Assembly: GCA_003056145.1 (NCBI GenBank)
Contig: LSNL01000003.1
Coordinates: 73,993 to 137,992, forward strand
DNA: 64,000 nt
Reading direction: 5' to 3'
Source: Parcubacteria group bacterium M10-OD1-1
GTDB taxonomy: Bacteria > Patescibacteriota > Minisyncoccia > Moranbacterales > UBA2206
Under the pieces are notes generated by a model, which was not told the DNA's origin, made no database searches, and saw nothing but the letters and a program-made list of their open reading frames with translations. This document shows, in pieces, positions 32,489-43,137 of this stretch. How positions within the stretch are numbered: position 1 is the first letter of the stretch; each line of letters opens with the position of its first letter. The position numbers and the translations under genes are program-made.

Positions 32489-33064
32489 TTAATTATTGTG
32501 AGTTGGCAAGAAGAAAAAAAAATGATTTATCAAGGCTTTTTTAAAAAGAGATAACAAGATAATTGATAAAACGATAAAAATCAATAGATAATTGATTTGA
32601 TAAAAAATAGCTAGATTAAAAAGGAGATGCAATAAAAAAATTGCAAGAAAAATTAAGAAATCAAAGATTAAAATTGGGTGTGATTTTGAGGAAAAATAAT
32701 AACCTAAAATACCTAAGGTAACGGTGTGGATCAATAAAAGCCCCAGATATGGAATAATCAGGGTAAGGGCTAAAGTTAATTGGCTAAAACTATTAAAAAT
32801 TATTTCTACTATTGAAAAACCTAGTCCCATTAGAAGTGTAGTTGAAAAAATATTTTTTGAAAATTGATTATGTCGAGAAATTTTTTTGACAACAATATAT
32901 TTAGAAAATTCTTCAATAAAAACAATAATTAATAAAGAATAAGTTAAGTGATTGATTAAATCAACAGAAATGAGAGAGGGGTCAATAATAGAAAAAATAA
33001 ATTCTAAAATTAAAGCTCCCAAGGCTGTCATAATTCCTAAAAATAAAGCTTTTATTTTTTGCAT
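32489..33064 (-). CDS. PrsW-like intramembrane metalloprotease
   Basis: EEFSK, GLGFSIVE and two downstream His residues (IHT, LHLLFN) in TM segments. Confidence 0.7.
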   Translation of the reverse strand: MQKIKALFLGIMTALGALILEFIFSIIDPSLISVDLINHLTYSLLIIVFIEEFSKYIVVKKISRHNQFSKNIFSTTLLMGLGFSIVEIIFNSFSQLTLALTLIIPYLGLLLIHTVTLGILGYYFSSKSHPILIFDFLIFLAIFLLHLLFNLAIFYQINYLLIFIVLSIILLSLFKKALINHFFFFLPTHNN

Positions 33065-33068
33065 AATC

Positions 33069-34154
33069 TTAATTTTTTAATCTAGCGTTAGCTTTGGTTT
33101 GGAGAGTTTTCCAATTAATTTGAGACTGCTCTTTTTGTTGATTAGTCATATTTTTCCAGCGAAAATAGGAAGCCACTCCAATCATAGTAGCATTATCTCC
33201 GCAATATTGGATAGGAGGAGCTATAAAATGAAGAGTGGAATTTTTTTCTTTTAAGACAGTAGCTAATTGTTTTTGAAGTTCTTGATTGGCTGCTACTCCA
33301 CCGGCCAGTAAAACAGTTTGAGGGCGATATTTTTCAATGGCACGAAGAGTTTTAAAAATCAAAACATCAATAGTAGCTTGTTGAAATTCATTGCATAATT
33401 CATTAATATAATCTTTATTTTTAAGTAAAGTTTTATTTTTTTTTGTTTCATAAAGGACAGCGGTTTTCAACCCAGAAAAAGAAAAGTTCAAATTATCTGA
33501 TCTAATCATCGGTCGAGGGAGAGGAACTTTTAAAAATTGATAATGAGCTGTTGGCTGTGATTTGAAGAGGCGAGCTTTTTCAGCAATTAATGGTCCTCCA
33601 GGATAGCCTAAGCTTAGAATTCTAGCTACTTTATCAAAAGCTTCACCAACAGCGTCATCTAATGTTTCTCCAATAATCTGATAATCTAAATGTTTTTTCA
33701 TAAAAACCAATTGAGTATGCCCGCCAGAAACTACTAAACTAAGGAGAGGAAAGTTTATTTTTTGAGAATTTAAATTTAGATCTATAAAATTAGCATAAAT
33801 ATGACCTTCAAGATGATGAATACCAATAAGTGGTTTTTGCCACAAATAAGCTAATGTTTTAGCAACACTAGTTCCAATTAACAAAGCTGGTATTAATCCT
33901 GGTTGGTTAGTAACTGAAAGAAAATTAATTTCTTTTGGTTGAACTTTAGCTTCTTGAAGAGCTTGTTTAATAACGGGCAAGATATTTTTTAAGTGTTCTC
34001 TGGCTGCGAGATTGGGGACAACACCACCCCATTTAGCATGAATTTTAACTTGAGAAGAAACTATATTAGATAATATCGAAAAAGAACCATTCTCATATTT
34101 TAGAACGGCACAAGCAGTTTCATCACAAGATGTTTCAAGGCTAAATATAATCAT
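33069..34154 (-). CDS. tsaD: tRNA t6A threonylcarbamoyltransferase TsaD
   Basis: ETSCDET, HHLEGH, SGGHT, DDAVGEAFDK, FSFSGLKT, DNATMI. Confidence 0.96.
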   Translation of the reverse strand: MIIFSLETSCDETACAVLKYENGSFSILSNIVSSQVKIHAKWGGVVPNLAAREHLKNILPVIKQALQEAKVQPKEINFLSVTNQPGLIPALLIGTSVAKTLAYLWQKPLIGIHHLEGHIYANFIDLNLNSQKINFPLLSLVVSGGHTQLVFMKKHLDYQIIGETLDDAVGEAFDKVARILSLGYPGGPLIAEKARLFKSQPTAHYQFLKVPLPRPMIRSDNLNFSFSGLKTAVLYETKKNKTLLKNKDYINELCNEFQQATIDVLIFKTLRAIEKYRPQTVLLAGGVAANQELQKQLATVLKEKNSTLHFIAPPIQYCGDNATMIGVASYFRWKNMTNQQKEQSQINWKTLQTKANARLKN

Positions 34155-34328
34155 TGAATTTGCAATTTCTTTTTTTAAATATAGCTCAATGTGGTATAAT
34201 TTGCAAAAAATAATTTAATAGTTGATAACGAAGTTTTTTATATGAAAATATTTATTAGTTCTGTATTTTTAGATAATAAATTTAATTATCTATACTATTA
34301 TAAAAATGCTATATATTACTATTAGCCA

Positions 34329-34355
34329 TTGACTTTTTTGTAGTTTTGGTATAAT
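34329..34355 (+). promoter_or_regulatory. Sigma70-type promoter with extended -10
   Basis: TTGACT-15 nt-TATAAT, with TG.TATAAT extension, upstream of the L,D-transpeptidase. Confidence 0.5.
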
Positions 34356-34419
34356 CTGACGAGAAGTGTTTTTTAACAATTCAGAAAAATACATAAATTT
34401 AGTGAGGGAGGACAATGAT

Positions 34420-35052
34420 ATGAAAAACATTTTATGCTGGTCAATTTTCGGTATTGTTTTTTTGGTACTCTCAGTTAGCGCGATAGGAGGGGAAATTCCT
34501 AACGGTTTTTATTTATACAAAATAAAAAAAGGTGATCTCTTAGGCAATCTTGCCCTTCCAAGAAATTGGGATGAAATTATGAGGATTAATCGAGTTGATT
34601 CACGACATTTGAGGATTGGGGAAATGATTTTGCTTCCAGTTAATCCGAACCGTATTCCCTATTTTTGCCCAGTGCCGAAAAATATTAAAACAGCTAAAAA
34701 AATATCACAAACAATCTATATATTTTTAGATATCCAATATTTCGGAGCATACAAATATGGGAAACTGTTATTCTGGGGGCCTATTTCTTCTGGGAAGGGC
34801 GGTATTCACCAAACACCAACGGGGCTGTTTTATATCCGATGGAAAGCAAAAAAATATTTTTCTCATAGTCAAGAGTGTTATGGAGCTCCTATGCCATACG
34901 CACTAAATTTATCAAATACAGGCTATTTTTTGCATGAACAAGTTATGCCTGGAAAACCAGCTTCACATGGGTGCATAAGATTGTTACGAATAGATGCAAA
35001 AAAATTATTCTTTTGGTCCAAGATAAGTGACCTGGTGGCTATTGTAAAATGA
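34420..35052 (+). CDS. L,D-transpeptidase (YkuD) with LysM-like N-terminal region
   Basis: Signal peptide, YKIKKGD, ISSG..TPTG and FLHE...ASHGCIRL. ATG 34420 follows SD GGAGG. Confidence 0.88.
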   Translation: MKNILCWSIFGIVFLVLSVSAIGGEIPNGFYLYKIKKGDLLGNLALPRNWDEIMRINRVDSRHLRIGEMILLPVNPNRIPYFCPVPKNIKTAKKISQTIYIFLDIQYFGAYKYGKLLFWGPISSGKGGIHQTPTGLFYIRWKAKKYFSHSQECYGAPMPYALNLSNTGYFLHEQVMPGKPASHGCIRLLRIDAKKLFFWSKISDLVAIVK

Positions 35053-35057
35053 TTGAC

Positions 35058-35094
35058 GGGAATTATCCTTTTAGGATAATTCCCACTTTTTTTT
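35058..35094 (+). terminator. Intrinsic terminator
   Basis: gggaattatcct-tt-taggataattccc followed by a T-run. Confidence 0.8.
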
Positions 35095-35219
35095 ATTGCT
35101 TTTAATTGAAGAAAAGATTATATCGGCAAATTAAAAATTAATGTTGTGATTATTATTTGTCAAAATATTTAAATGGAATACTCACTTAAAATATAAAAGT
35201 ATTACTTATAAGTAAGCCA

Positions 35220-35818
35220 ATGTCAGGGGAACATAATAATTTAAGCAATAAAAAAGAACTTTCAGATAATGAGCTGATTATTCTTATCCTTGGAGGAGAT
35301 TCTCGGGGATTTGGCGAGATTATTGAAGGTATCAAGGGAGATTATTCACATGTTTATATCGGTTTATAATGTCTTGTGAAGAAACTGAGGATTTACTTCA
35401 GGATGTGTTTATGGAAGCCTATAAAAACATTCACAGCTATGATATGCAAAAGAAATTCTCATCATGGATTTATAGGATTGCTCACAATGAAGCAGCTAAT
35501 TGCATAAAAAGAAAATCACTTAAAAAATTTATACCTTGGGAAAACATCATCATTTCAAAAGATAAATTAAAAACGTCTAGCGCGGATGAGAAGATGGAAG
35601 ATTCTTAGGAGAAAAGGGAAATTGGCGAGAAGATTGATGTAGCTATTAAAAAACTCTCCCTTAAATATAGGCAAGTTTTAATTTTGAAGTATTATGCAGA
35701 TAAATCTTATGGTGAAATAAGTGAAATAATAAATCGTCTGATAAATACAGTAGGAACCTTAATTAGTAGGGCTAAGAAAAAAATATCAATTAAAATAGAA
35801 AAATTGAAGAAGTCATAA
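35220..35818 (+). pseudogene. ECF sigma-70 factor pseudogene
   Basis: Region 2 (EDLLQDVF..AY, FSSWIYRIAHN) and region 4 (YRQVLILKYY...SYGEISEI...TVGTLISRAKK) are both present. There is a frameshift near 35328 and an in-frame TAG at 35606-35608. Confidence 0.85.
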
Positions 35819-36066
35819 AGTCAACCATTTGTTAAGTGATTAAGATGAATGGTGATAATTTAAGTATGAGGAAGAGGGTGATAAAATTTTAATGATAAAG
35901 AGATTAAGATAAATGAAAAAATTTTTCGTATTAGTTGGATCAATTGTTGCAGTGGCTGTTGATTTTTTTAGGAGAGTGTGTTAGAATTTTTTTGAAGATT
36001 TAGAAAAGATGTCTTTCCTAGGCACCTTATTTGTTTTAAAAATAAATTCAAGTCTTGTTTATTTAT

Positions 36067-36142
36067 GCCGCGTTCGTCTAGTCTGGTCCAGGACGCCAGG
36101 TTTTCATCCTGGAAATCAGGGGTTCGAATCCCCTACGCGGTA
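36067..36142 (+). tRNA. tRNA-Glu(TTC)
   Basis: Acceptor GCCGCGT/ACGCGGT, anticodon arm ccagg-ttTTCat-cctgg, GGTTCGAATCC T-arm. CCA not encoded. Confidence 0.96.
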
Positions 36143-36151
36143 CTAAAAGTT

Positions 36152-36180
36152 AAAAAATCCTCCTCCTGGGAGGTTTTTTG
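36152..36180 (+). terminator. Terminator after tRNA-Glu
   Basis: aaaaaatcctcc-tcctg-ggaggtttttt. Confidence 0.6.
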
Positions 36181-36345
36181 ATTGCTTAAATTAGCTATTA
36201 GTTAAGGAAGCTAATGAATAATTTTCTTAAGAATATATATTCATTACATCAAAATTAGGTAAAAACTTTATAAAGCCTTTAGAATACCAAAAATTTCACA
36301 ATATAGTTTTTGTAATTTATTTTTCTTTGTATTACAATTATAATC

Positions 36346-36948
36346 ATGGAACAAACAGGGCATTATATTTTTGAATTTATGAAACATTACGGATATTTTG
36401 TAATGCTTCCACTTATGATTATTGAAGGTCCAGTAGCGACTATTATCGCTGCGACTTTAGCGGCACTTGGAGCTTTTAATGTATTCATCGTGCTTATTTT
36501 TTCGATTTTTGGCGATGTTGTGGGCGATGTAGCTTTATATAGTCTAGGATATAAATGGGGAATGGGCTTTGTGCGACGGGTTGGAAAATATATAGGCATA
36601 ACAGAAAAGTTGGTTTTAAAGATGGAAAAATATTTTGAAAATCATGGAGGAAAAACTATTTTTGCTGTTAAATCAACAACTGGTCTTTGCTGGGCGGCTT
36701 TTAGTGCAGCGGGAATTGTGAAGATGAATTTTAGAAAATTTATAGCATATTCTATTTTAGGCGGGGTTGTTTGGAGTAGTTTTTTAGTAGCGATGGGATA
36801 TTTTTATGGATACTTATGGAAAGAAATAAGTCAATATATAAATTGGATCGGGTGGGTAATCGGAGGTGTTACAGCAGCTTCTTATATGCTTATAATATTA
36901 TTCAAGAAGAAAAAATTAAAAAACATCTTAATCAATAATGAAAAGTAG
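36346..36948 (+). CDS. DedA family membrane protein
   Basis: IEGP, GDVALYSLG, YFENHGGKT, AGIVKMNFRKF. Confidence 0.9.
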   Translation: MEQTGHYIFEFMKHYGYFVMLPLMIIEGPVATIIAATLAALGAFNVFIVLIFSIFGDVVGDVALYSLGYKWGMGFVRRVGKYIGITEKLVLKMEKYFENHGGKTIFAVKSTTGLCWAAFSAAGIVKMNFRKFIAYSILGGVVWSSFLVAMGYFYGYLWKEISQYINWIGWVIGGVTAASYMLIILFKKKKLKNILINNEK

Positions 36949-37108
36949 AAGTTACAAACTTGGAGCAGAGTCGAATAGTTTATTCTATAAATGTGAATAG
37001 AAATAATATTAGATAGGGTGTATTTTTTAGAGTGGAGAGCTTTTTTGCGTCTAATAATAAGGCAAGATTTTTCTTGCTCAAAAACTGAAAAAAGCATAGA
37101 ATTGGGTT

Positions 37109-37951
37109 ATGGTAAATAGAATAAAAAAACTAATAAATGGGACGAGAAACGCTATTTTTACTAATCCTTATGAACTATATAAAAAGGATAAAAAAATTCT
37201 TGATCAACCTTTTTATTTTAAGGGTGATAATCAAAAAGCTATTCTTTTAATTCATGGATGGACATCGGTTCCTTATGAACTTTATCGTTTGGGAATTTAT
37301 TTAAAAGAGAATGGCTATGCAGTTTCAGCACCTCTATTGCCTGGACATGGAACAACACCAAAAAATTTAGAGAATATAAAGTGGTCAGAATGGTTAGTTG
37401 AAATAGAAAAAACCTATTTTGATTTAAAAAAGAGCTACTCAGAAGTTTATGTAATTGGAACTTCTATTGGTTCTAGTTTAGCTTTAATTTTAGCTCAAAA
37501 AAATTCAGATTTAAAAGGCTTAGTCCTTTTGGCTACTCCTTATGAATTTCATTGGGAAGGAATAATAAAGAAGATAATGAAGCTGTTTATTTTATTAGGC
37601 TTTCCCAGCTATGGTCGGAAATGTTATCTTTTTACCAGAAAAAGCATTAGTAAGGTCACTAGGAGAATTGCTTATCAATCTTATCCGATGAAAAGTTTAG
37701 TGGAAGTTTTTTCTTTAGTAGAAGAAAGTCGCAATGTTTTAGCAGACATAAAATGCCCAGTTTTAGTTATGCAATCTATACAAGATTATGTTATTAAAAC
37801 TGATAGTCTTGAAAAAATATATAATTTAATTGGATCGTCACAAAAAGAAAAAAAATATATTCAAAAAGCTTATCATACTTTTATTTCTGATATTGAAAAT
37901 GAAGACGTTTTTAGTGGCATTTTAAAATTTTTAACTAAAATAGAAAAGTAA
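37109..37951 (+). CDS. Alpha/beta hydrolase (carboxylesterase / monoacylglycerol lipase-like)
   Basis: LLIHGW, LPGHG, nucleophile elbow GTSIG, and C-terminal Asp and His. Confidence 0.88.
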   Translation: MVNRIKKLINGTRNAIFTNPYELYKKDKKILDQPFYFKGDNQKAILLIHGWTSVPYELYRLGIYLKENGYAVSAPLLPGHGTTPKNLENIKWSEWLVEIEKTYFDLKKSYSEVYVIGTSIGSSLALILAQKNSDLKGLVLLATPYEFHWEGIIKKIMKLFILLGFPSYGRKCYLFTRKSISKVTRRIAYQSYPMKSLVEVFSLVEESRNVLADIKCPVLVMQSIQDYVIKTDSLEKIYNLIGSSQKEKKYIQKAYHTFISDIENEDVFSGILKFLTKIEK

Positions 37952-37960
37952 TTACTAATT

Positions 37961-38869
37961 ATGCCTAAAGAAAATACTCATCTTAATTTTGCTTCAGATT
38001 TAGCGGAAAATAATTTTTCGGGAGAGATAAATAAAATTTTAAAAAAATATAAAAAAGAATTTTTATTAGGAAGTGTCTTCCCAGATATTTTTTTCTACGC
38101 TTCTAATTTAAAAATACAAGCTAAGGCAGATTTAATTCATGGTAAAGATGGTAATGAAACTAACCAATGGATTTTCTTTTTATTAGATTTAGCTAAAAAA
38201 AATTCAGATAAAAAAATATTAGCTTTTACCTTTGGAGCCTTGACCCATTTTTCTTTAGATATAAATTTTCATCCAATAATCTATTATTTAGCAGGAAATT
38301 ATTATGACAAAAATAAAAAGAAAAAAGAACAGGCAATTTATCGACATGTTCAATTAGAGACTTTTTTGGATGCCAAAACTAACCAATTCTTTTTAGCTAA
38401 AAAGAATTTAATGAGTCAAAGTTTTCTGAGAGAAGAAAAGGATTTTTTAGCCCAATTAGGAATCTCCTACTTTCAATTAAAAGTAATTTATTCTAAAATG
38501 TTGTGGCTCAATAGAATTCTCTTTAAAAGTAACTTTTTTTATCAGCTGTTTTATTTTTTAGAAAAAATGGGCTTAGTCAAAAAGAGAAATATAGGTTTAT
38601 TTTATAAGAATTTAAAAAGAGATAAAACTATTATTCCTCAAATAGTTAAGTATAAAGATTTAATTTCAGGAGAAGATAGAGTAACTAAGTTAACTGAAAT
38701 TTTTACTCAAGCTCAAATTGAAGCTCAAGAGAAAATAAAAGTAGCTCAGCAATATTTTTTAAATAATCTTTCAAAAAGAGAAGCAAAAGAAATAATTATC
38801 GGTCAGAGTTTAGATACAGGTAAGCTTGGTAAATCGGTTCAAGAGATAAGATTTATCAAAGAAGGTTAA
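37961..38869 (+). CDS. Zinc-dependent phospholipase C family protein
   Basis: MP...TH N-terminus, LGSVFPDIFFY, THFSLDINFHP, HVQLE. Confidence 0.75.
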   Translation: MPKENTHLNFASDLAENNFSGEINKILKKYKKEFLLGSVFPDIFFYASNLKIQAKADLIHGKDGNETNQWIFFLLDLAKKNSDKKILAFTFGALTHFSLDINFHPIIYYLAGNYYDKNKKKKEQAIYRHVQLETFLDAKTNQFFLAKKNLMSQSFLREEKDFLAQLGISYFQLKVIYSKMLWLNRILFKSNFFYQLFYFLEKMGLVKKRNIGLFYKNLKRDKTIIPQIVKYKDLISGEDRVTKLTEIFTQAQIEAQEKIKVAQQYFLNNLSKREAKEIIIGQSLDTGKLGKSVQEIRFIKEG

Positions 38870-38907
38870 AGATTCTAAAATAAAATTTAAATTTAATTAT
38901 TTTTAAA

Positions 38908-39753
38908 ATGAATATTTGGAAAAAAATTGGTAGAAAATATTTTGTTGATGTAGAAGAAATTAAAAAAAGTTCTAAAGTTTTTAAGAAAATTAAAAAAGAT
39001 GAACATTTATTTAAAGAACCGTTCTATTTCAAAGGTAATAATGGAAAAGCTATCCTGCTTGTACATGGATGGTCATCAGCACCATATTCTATTCGAAAAT
39101 TGGGAGAATATTTAAATAAAAATGGCTATACAGTTTTTGGACCCACCTTAACTGGGCATGGAACTAAGCCAGATGATCTAAAAAATGTTAAAGGAGAAGA
39201 ATGGATTAAGGATGTTAAGTTGGCATATACTAAATTAGCCAAAGAATACGAGAAAGTTTTTATTATTGGTGTCTCAATGGGTGGAAGTTTGGCACTTATC
39301 TTGGCGGAAAATAATCTTCAAATTTCAGGTTTAGTTTTATTAGCAACTCCTTACCGAATGAAATCAGAAAGGCGAATGAAAATAATTTTAATAATTATGA
39401 GCTGGTTTAAGGATTTTTATAAAAAATATTATCCTAAAGAAATTACAAAAATTGGAACTGCTATTACACCGTTTATTTCTTATCAGAGATATTCTGTAAA
39501 AAATATGCAAGAACTTTTAAAGATTGTACAACAAGCAAGAAAAAAAATTTCATTTATCCAACAGCCTTGTTTTATTTTACAAGCCGATAATGATCACTTA
39601 ATTGGAAGGAAAAGTATGAAAAATATTTATCAAAAAATAAATTCTCAAAGTAAACAAATGAAATATGTTTATAACTCTTACCATTCTTTCATTTCTGATT
39701 TAAACAAAACAGAAATTTTTGTTGACATACTAAATTTTATTAATAGTCACTAA
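38908..39753 (+). CDS. Alpha/beta hydrolase, paralog of 37109-37951
   Basis: PFYFKG...AILLVHGW, GHGT, GVSMGG, YHSFISD. Confidence 0.88.
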   Translation: MNIWKKIGRKYFVDVEEIKKSSKVFKKIKKDEHLFKEPFYFKGNNGKAILLVHGWSSAPYSIRKLGEYLNKNGYTVFGPTLTGHGTKPDDLKNVKGEEWIKDVKLAYTKLAKEYEKVFIIGVSMGGSLALILAENNLQISGLVLLATPYRMKSERRMKIILIIMSWFKDFYKKYYPKEITKIGTAITPFISYQRYSVKNMQELLKIVQQARKKISFIQQPCFILQADNDHLIGRKSMKNIYQKINSQSKQMKYVYNSYHSFISDLNKTEIFVDILNFINSH

Positions 39754-39761
39754 GTTATTTT

Positions 39762-40931
39762 ATGCGTATTGGAATTTTTACTAATAATTATTTGCCTAAT
39801 CCTTATGGAGTAACTAGCTCGATAGAAAGTTTTAGAGAGGAATTTGAAAAAATGGGACATCAAGTTTATATTTTTGCTCCCAAATGGAAAGGGTATCAAG
39901 ATAAGAATTCCAATATTTTTCGTTATCCCTCGATTGATATTAAAATAAAAATTCGTTTTCCTTTGGCAATTCCCTATTCACGAAAAATGGATAAAATTTT
40001 GAAAAATTTAGATTTAGATATTATCCATGCTCAACATCCTAATTTATTAGGAACAGTTGCAAAAAAATGGGCACACAAAAAAAATATCCCTTTAGTGTTT
40101 ACTTGGCATACATTATATGATAGGTATACTAACTATGTTCCATTCATTCCTAAAAAAATAGTGTCTGCTTGGATTATAAAAAAAGCTAGTCAATACGCTA
40201 ATCAAGCAGATGGGATTGTTGCTCCAACAGATTCTATAGTCCCGATTTTGCGAAAATGGGGAGTAGAAAGTGAGATAAGAGCTATTCCGACTGGAGTAAC
40301 GGAAAAATTTTTTCAAAATCCTCAATCCCAATTAGTAAAAGGAAAATTGGGGATTAAAGAAGATGAATTAGTTCTTTGTTTAGTCTCTAGATTGACGGAA
40401 GAAAAAAATATTGATTTCATTTTTCAAGCAATTATTCCGATTCTCAAAAAAAATAGTAAAATAAAATTTTTAATTGCGGGTAATGGTTATTTGCTTCCTA
40501 AATTAAAACAATATGGCGTGAAAGAAAAGCTTGAAAAACAAATTATTTTTTCTGGAGTGGTGGCAAAAAAAGATTTAAAAAATTATTATCAAGCAGGAGA
40601 TATTTTTCTTTGTGCTTCTCAAACAGAAACTCAAGGGATGATAATCAGTGAGGCGATGTATATGGGATTGCCAATTGTGGCGGTAAAATCAACGGGGATA
40701 AATAGCCTAGTTTTAAATCAGGGGAATGGGTTGCTAGTTCAAGAAAATCAGGGAGAATTCCAACGAGCAGTTGAGAAATTGATTAAAGATAGCGAACTAA
40801 GAAGAAAATTTTCTCAGGTTTCTCGGCAGATTGCGATGGAACATTTTACTGGGCAAGAAAGTGCCTTAAAGATGTTCCAATTTTATAAAGAATTAATCCA
40901 GCATAAGAAGAAACTAAATAAGAATAAATGA
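39762..40931 (+). CDS. GT4 glycosyltransferase (diacylglycerol glucosyltransferase-like)
   Basis: MRIGIFTNNYLP..GV, DIIHAQHP, TWHTLY..Y..Y, EKNID, SQTETQGM...EAM. Confidence 0.85.
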   Translation: MRIGIFTNNYLPNPYGVTSSIESFREEFEKMGHQVYIFAPKWKGYQDKNSNIFRYPSIDIKIKIRFPLAIPYSRKMDKILKNLDLDIIHAQHPNLLGTVAKKWAHKKNIPLVFTWHTLYDRYTNYVPFIPKKIVSAWIIKKASQYANQADGIVAPTDSIVPILRKWGVESEIRAIPTGVTEKFFQNPQSQLVKGKLGIKEDELVLCLVSRLTEEKNIDFIFQAIIPILKKNSKIKFLIAGNGYLLPKLKQYGVKEKLEKQIIFSGVVAKKDLKNYYQAGDIFLCASQTETQGMIISEAMYMGLPIVAVKSTGINSLVLNQGNGLLVQENQGEFQRAVEKLIKDSELRRKFSQVSRQIAMEHFTGQESALKMFQFYKELIQHKKKLNKNK

Positions 40932-40961
40932 TTAGAAATTAAAAGTAAACTTTTTAGCTAA

Positions 40962-43043
40962 TTATTCTAGATGAATATTTTCAGAAAATTTTTGAAGAGA
41001 ATCTTTTAAAGCTAAATGTTTTTTCAAAAAAGGATCGTGTTTTAAAATAGCAGTAGCTTCTAGTTGAGCAAATTTAATCAGTTTAATATTAGTTAAATTT
41101 TCCATTGTGATATCAGGAATTCCTGATTGAATTGTGCCAAAGAATTGTCCGGGACCACGTAATTTGAGATCTTGCTCGGCGATTTTAAATCCGTCGTTGG
41201 TTTTTTCTAAAGCTTTTAGTCTTAAGGAATTAATTTTGGAAAAGAGAAAACAATAAGATTGACATATCCCTCTACCGACTCTTCCTCGGAACTGATGAAG
41301 TTGAGCTAATCCAAAGCGTTCAGCATTTTCTATAATCATAACAGTAGCGTTAGGAATATCAATACCAACTTCAATTACAGAAGTGGAAACTAGAATCTGA
41401 AGTTGATTATTTTTAAAATTTTGCATTATTTTTTCTTTTTCTTTGGGCTTAAGTTTTCCATGTAAAAGTCCTAGTGTGAATTCAGGAAAAACTTCAGTCG
41501 CTAGGCGTTGATGCTCCTCTATGACTGCTTTGACATTAGTTAAAGATTGGGACTCTTTAACTAATGGAAGAATAATAAAAGCTTGATGTCCTAAATTAAT
41601 TTCTTGGCGAATAAAATTATAAACTGCTAAGCGTTTATTGGGTGAAATAATCTTTGTTTTGACGGGTTTTCTATTTTTTGGTAATTCATCCAAAACAGAA
41701 AGATTTAAACTACCAAAAAGAGCAATTGTTAAAGTTCGAGGAATGGGCGTGGCTGTCATTGTTAAAAGATGAGGAATAGTTTGAGGAGTTTTATTTTTTA
41801 GCTGTAAAGTTTTTTCTTGCAATTCAGCTCTTTGCGCTACTCCAAAACGATGCTGTTCATCAATAACAACAAAAGCTAAATTTTTGAATTGGACATCTTT
41901 TTGAATAAGGGCATGAGTTCCAACTATTAAATCTATTTTTCCTAATCCAATTTTTTTTAATAAATCATCTCTTTTTTGAATGGTTTTTTGAGAATTAAGA
42001 ATTTTGTTGGAGCCTGTTAATAAAGCAATTTTAAAATTATAGTTTTTAAATGATTGACAGAAATTTTCGAAATGTTGATAAGCTAGAATTTCCGTGGGAG
42101 CCATAATAGCCACTTGATAACCAGCGGAAATTATCTGTAGAGAAGCGATAATAGCCAAGACAGTCTTTCCAGCTCCAACATCGCCGTTTAAAAGACGATT
42201 CATTGGTTGAGTTTTTTCTAAATCTTTAAGAATCTCAATATTAGCTTTCTTTTGAGCTGCAGTTAAAGTGAAGGGTAAATCCTTAATAAAAGTGTTTATT
42301 AAATCTAGAGGAGTTTTAAGAGGAAAGGACTTTTGATTTTTCCATTCTTTTTTTATTTGAAGTGCTCGTAATTGGACTAAAAGCATCTCTTCGAAAGCCA
42401 ATCTTTTTTGAGCAATTTTTAATTTTTCTTCTGAACTAGGAAAATGAATTTGTAAAATAGCTCGTTTAAGATGGTAGAGTTTATATTTTTTGAGTAATTT
42501 TTTAGGTAAAGGATCGATTAGTTGTTCTACATAAGGGAGAAGAAGTTTTATTTGCCAGCGAATCCATTTAGAAGTTATTCCAGTGGTTTCTCGGTAAATT
42601 GGAACCAAACATCCAGTATTAGTTTTTTCTCGAGTAACTTTTTCAAAAGAGGGATTAGCCATAGTAAAAATTTTTCCATCTAAATCTAATTTTCCAGAAA
42701 GTCTAATGGCGGTATTAACTTTGAAAGATTCTAAAATAAAAGGTTGATTAAACCAAACAGCTTTTAAAGGTGTGTCATTTTCATCAACTAATCTAATTTC
42801 TGTAAGAGTCAGGCGTTTTTTAAAAATTCGGCGATTAGTAGTTTTGATAATTTTTCCTTCTATAGTAATATTTTGATTTAAATAGTCCGATGATAAGGAA
42901 ACAATTTTTGAAAAGTCATCATAACGAGTTGGAAAATAGAATAAAAAATCGGCAACTGTTACTAATCCTAATTTTTTTAAAGCTTTTTGATATTTCGGTT
43001 GAATCCGAGTAATATTTTTTAGGGGAGAATAAATAGTAGTCAT
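40962..43043 (-). CDS. recG: ATP-dependent DNA helicase RecG
   Basis: GDVGAGKT, DEQHRFGV, MTATPIPRT, HQFRGRVGRG, DLKLRGPG. Confidence 0.97.
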   Translation of the reverse strand: MTTIYSPLKNITRIQPKYQKALKKLGLVTVADFLFYFPTRYDDFSKIVSLSSDYLNQNITIEGKIIKTTNRRIFKKRLTLTEIRLVDENDTPLKAVWFNQPFILESFKVNTAIRLSGKLDLDGKIFTMANPSFEKVTREKTNTGCLVPIYRETTGITSKWIRWQIKLLLPYVEQLIDPLPKKLLKKYKLYHLKRAILQIHFPSSEEKLKIAQKRLAFEEMLLVQLRALQIKKEWKNQKSFPLKTPLDLINTFIKDLPFTLTAAQKKANIEILKDLEKTQPMNRLLNGDVGAGKTVLAIIASLQIISAGYQVAIMAPTEILAYQHFENFCQSFKNYNFKIALLTGSNKILNSQKTIQKRDDLLKKIGLGKIDLIVGTHALIQKDVQFKNLAFVVIDEQHRFGVAQRAELQEKTLQLKNKTPQTIPHLLTMTATPIPRTLTIALFGSLNLSVLDELPKNRKPVKTKIISPNKRLAVYNFIRQEINLGHQAFIILPLVKESQSLTNVKAVIEEHQRLATEVFPEFTLGLLHGKLKPKEKEKIMQNFKNNQLQILVSTSVIEVGIDIPNATVMIIENAERFGLAQLHQFRGRVGRGICQSYCFLFSKINSLRLKALEKTNDGFKIAEQDLKLRGPGQFFGTIQSGIPDITMENLTNIKLIKFAQLEATAILKHDPFLKKHLALKDSLQKFSENIHLE

Positions 43044-43137
43044 ATAGATAGTATAATATATCTAGAGAAATGCACAAAATGTACGAATGTGCTAAAATTA
43101 TTGTAAGGATTAAATTAAATTTAATAAAATTTAAACT

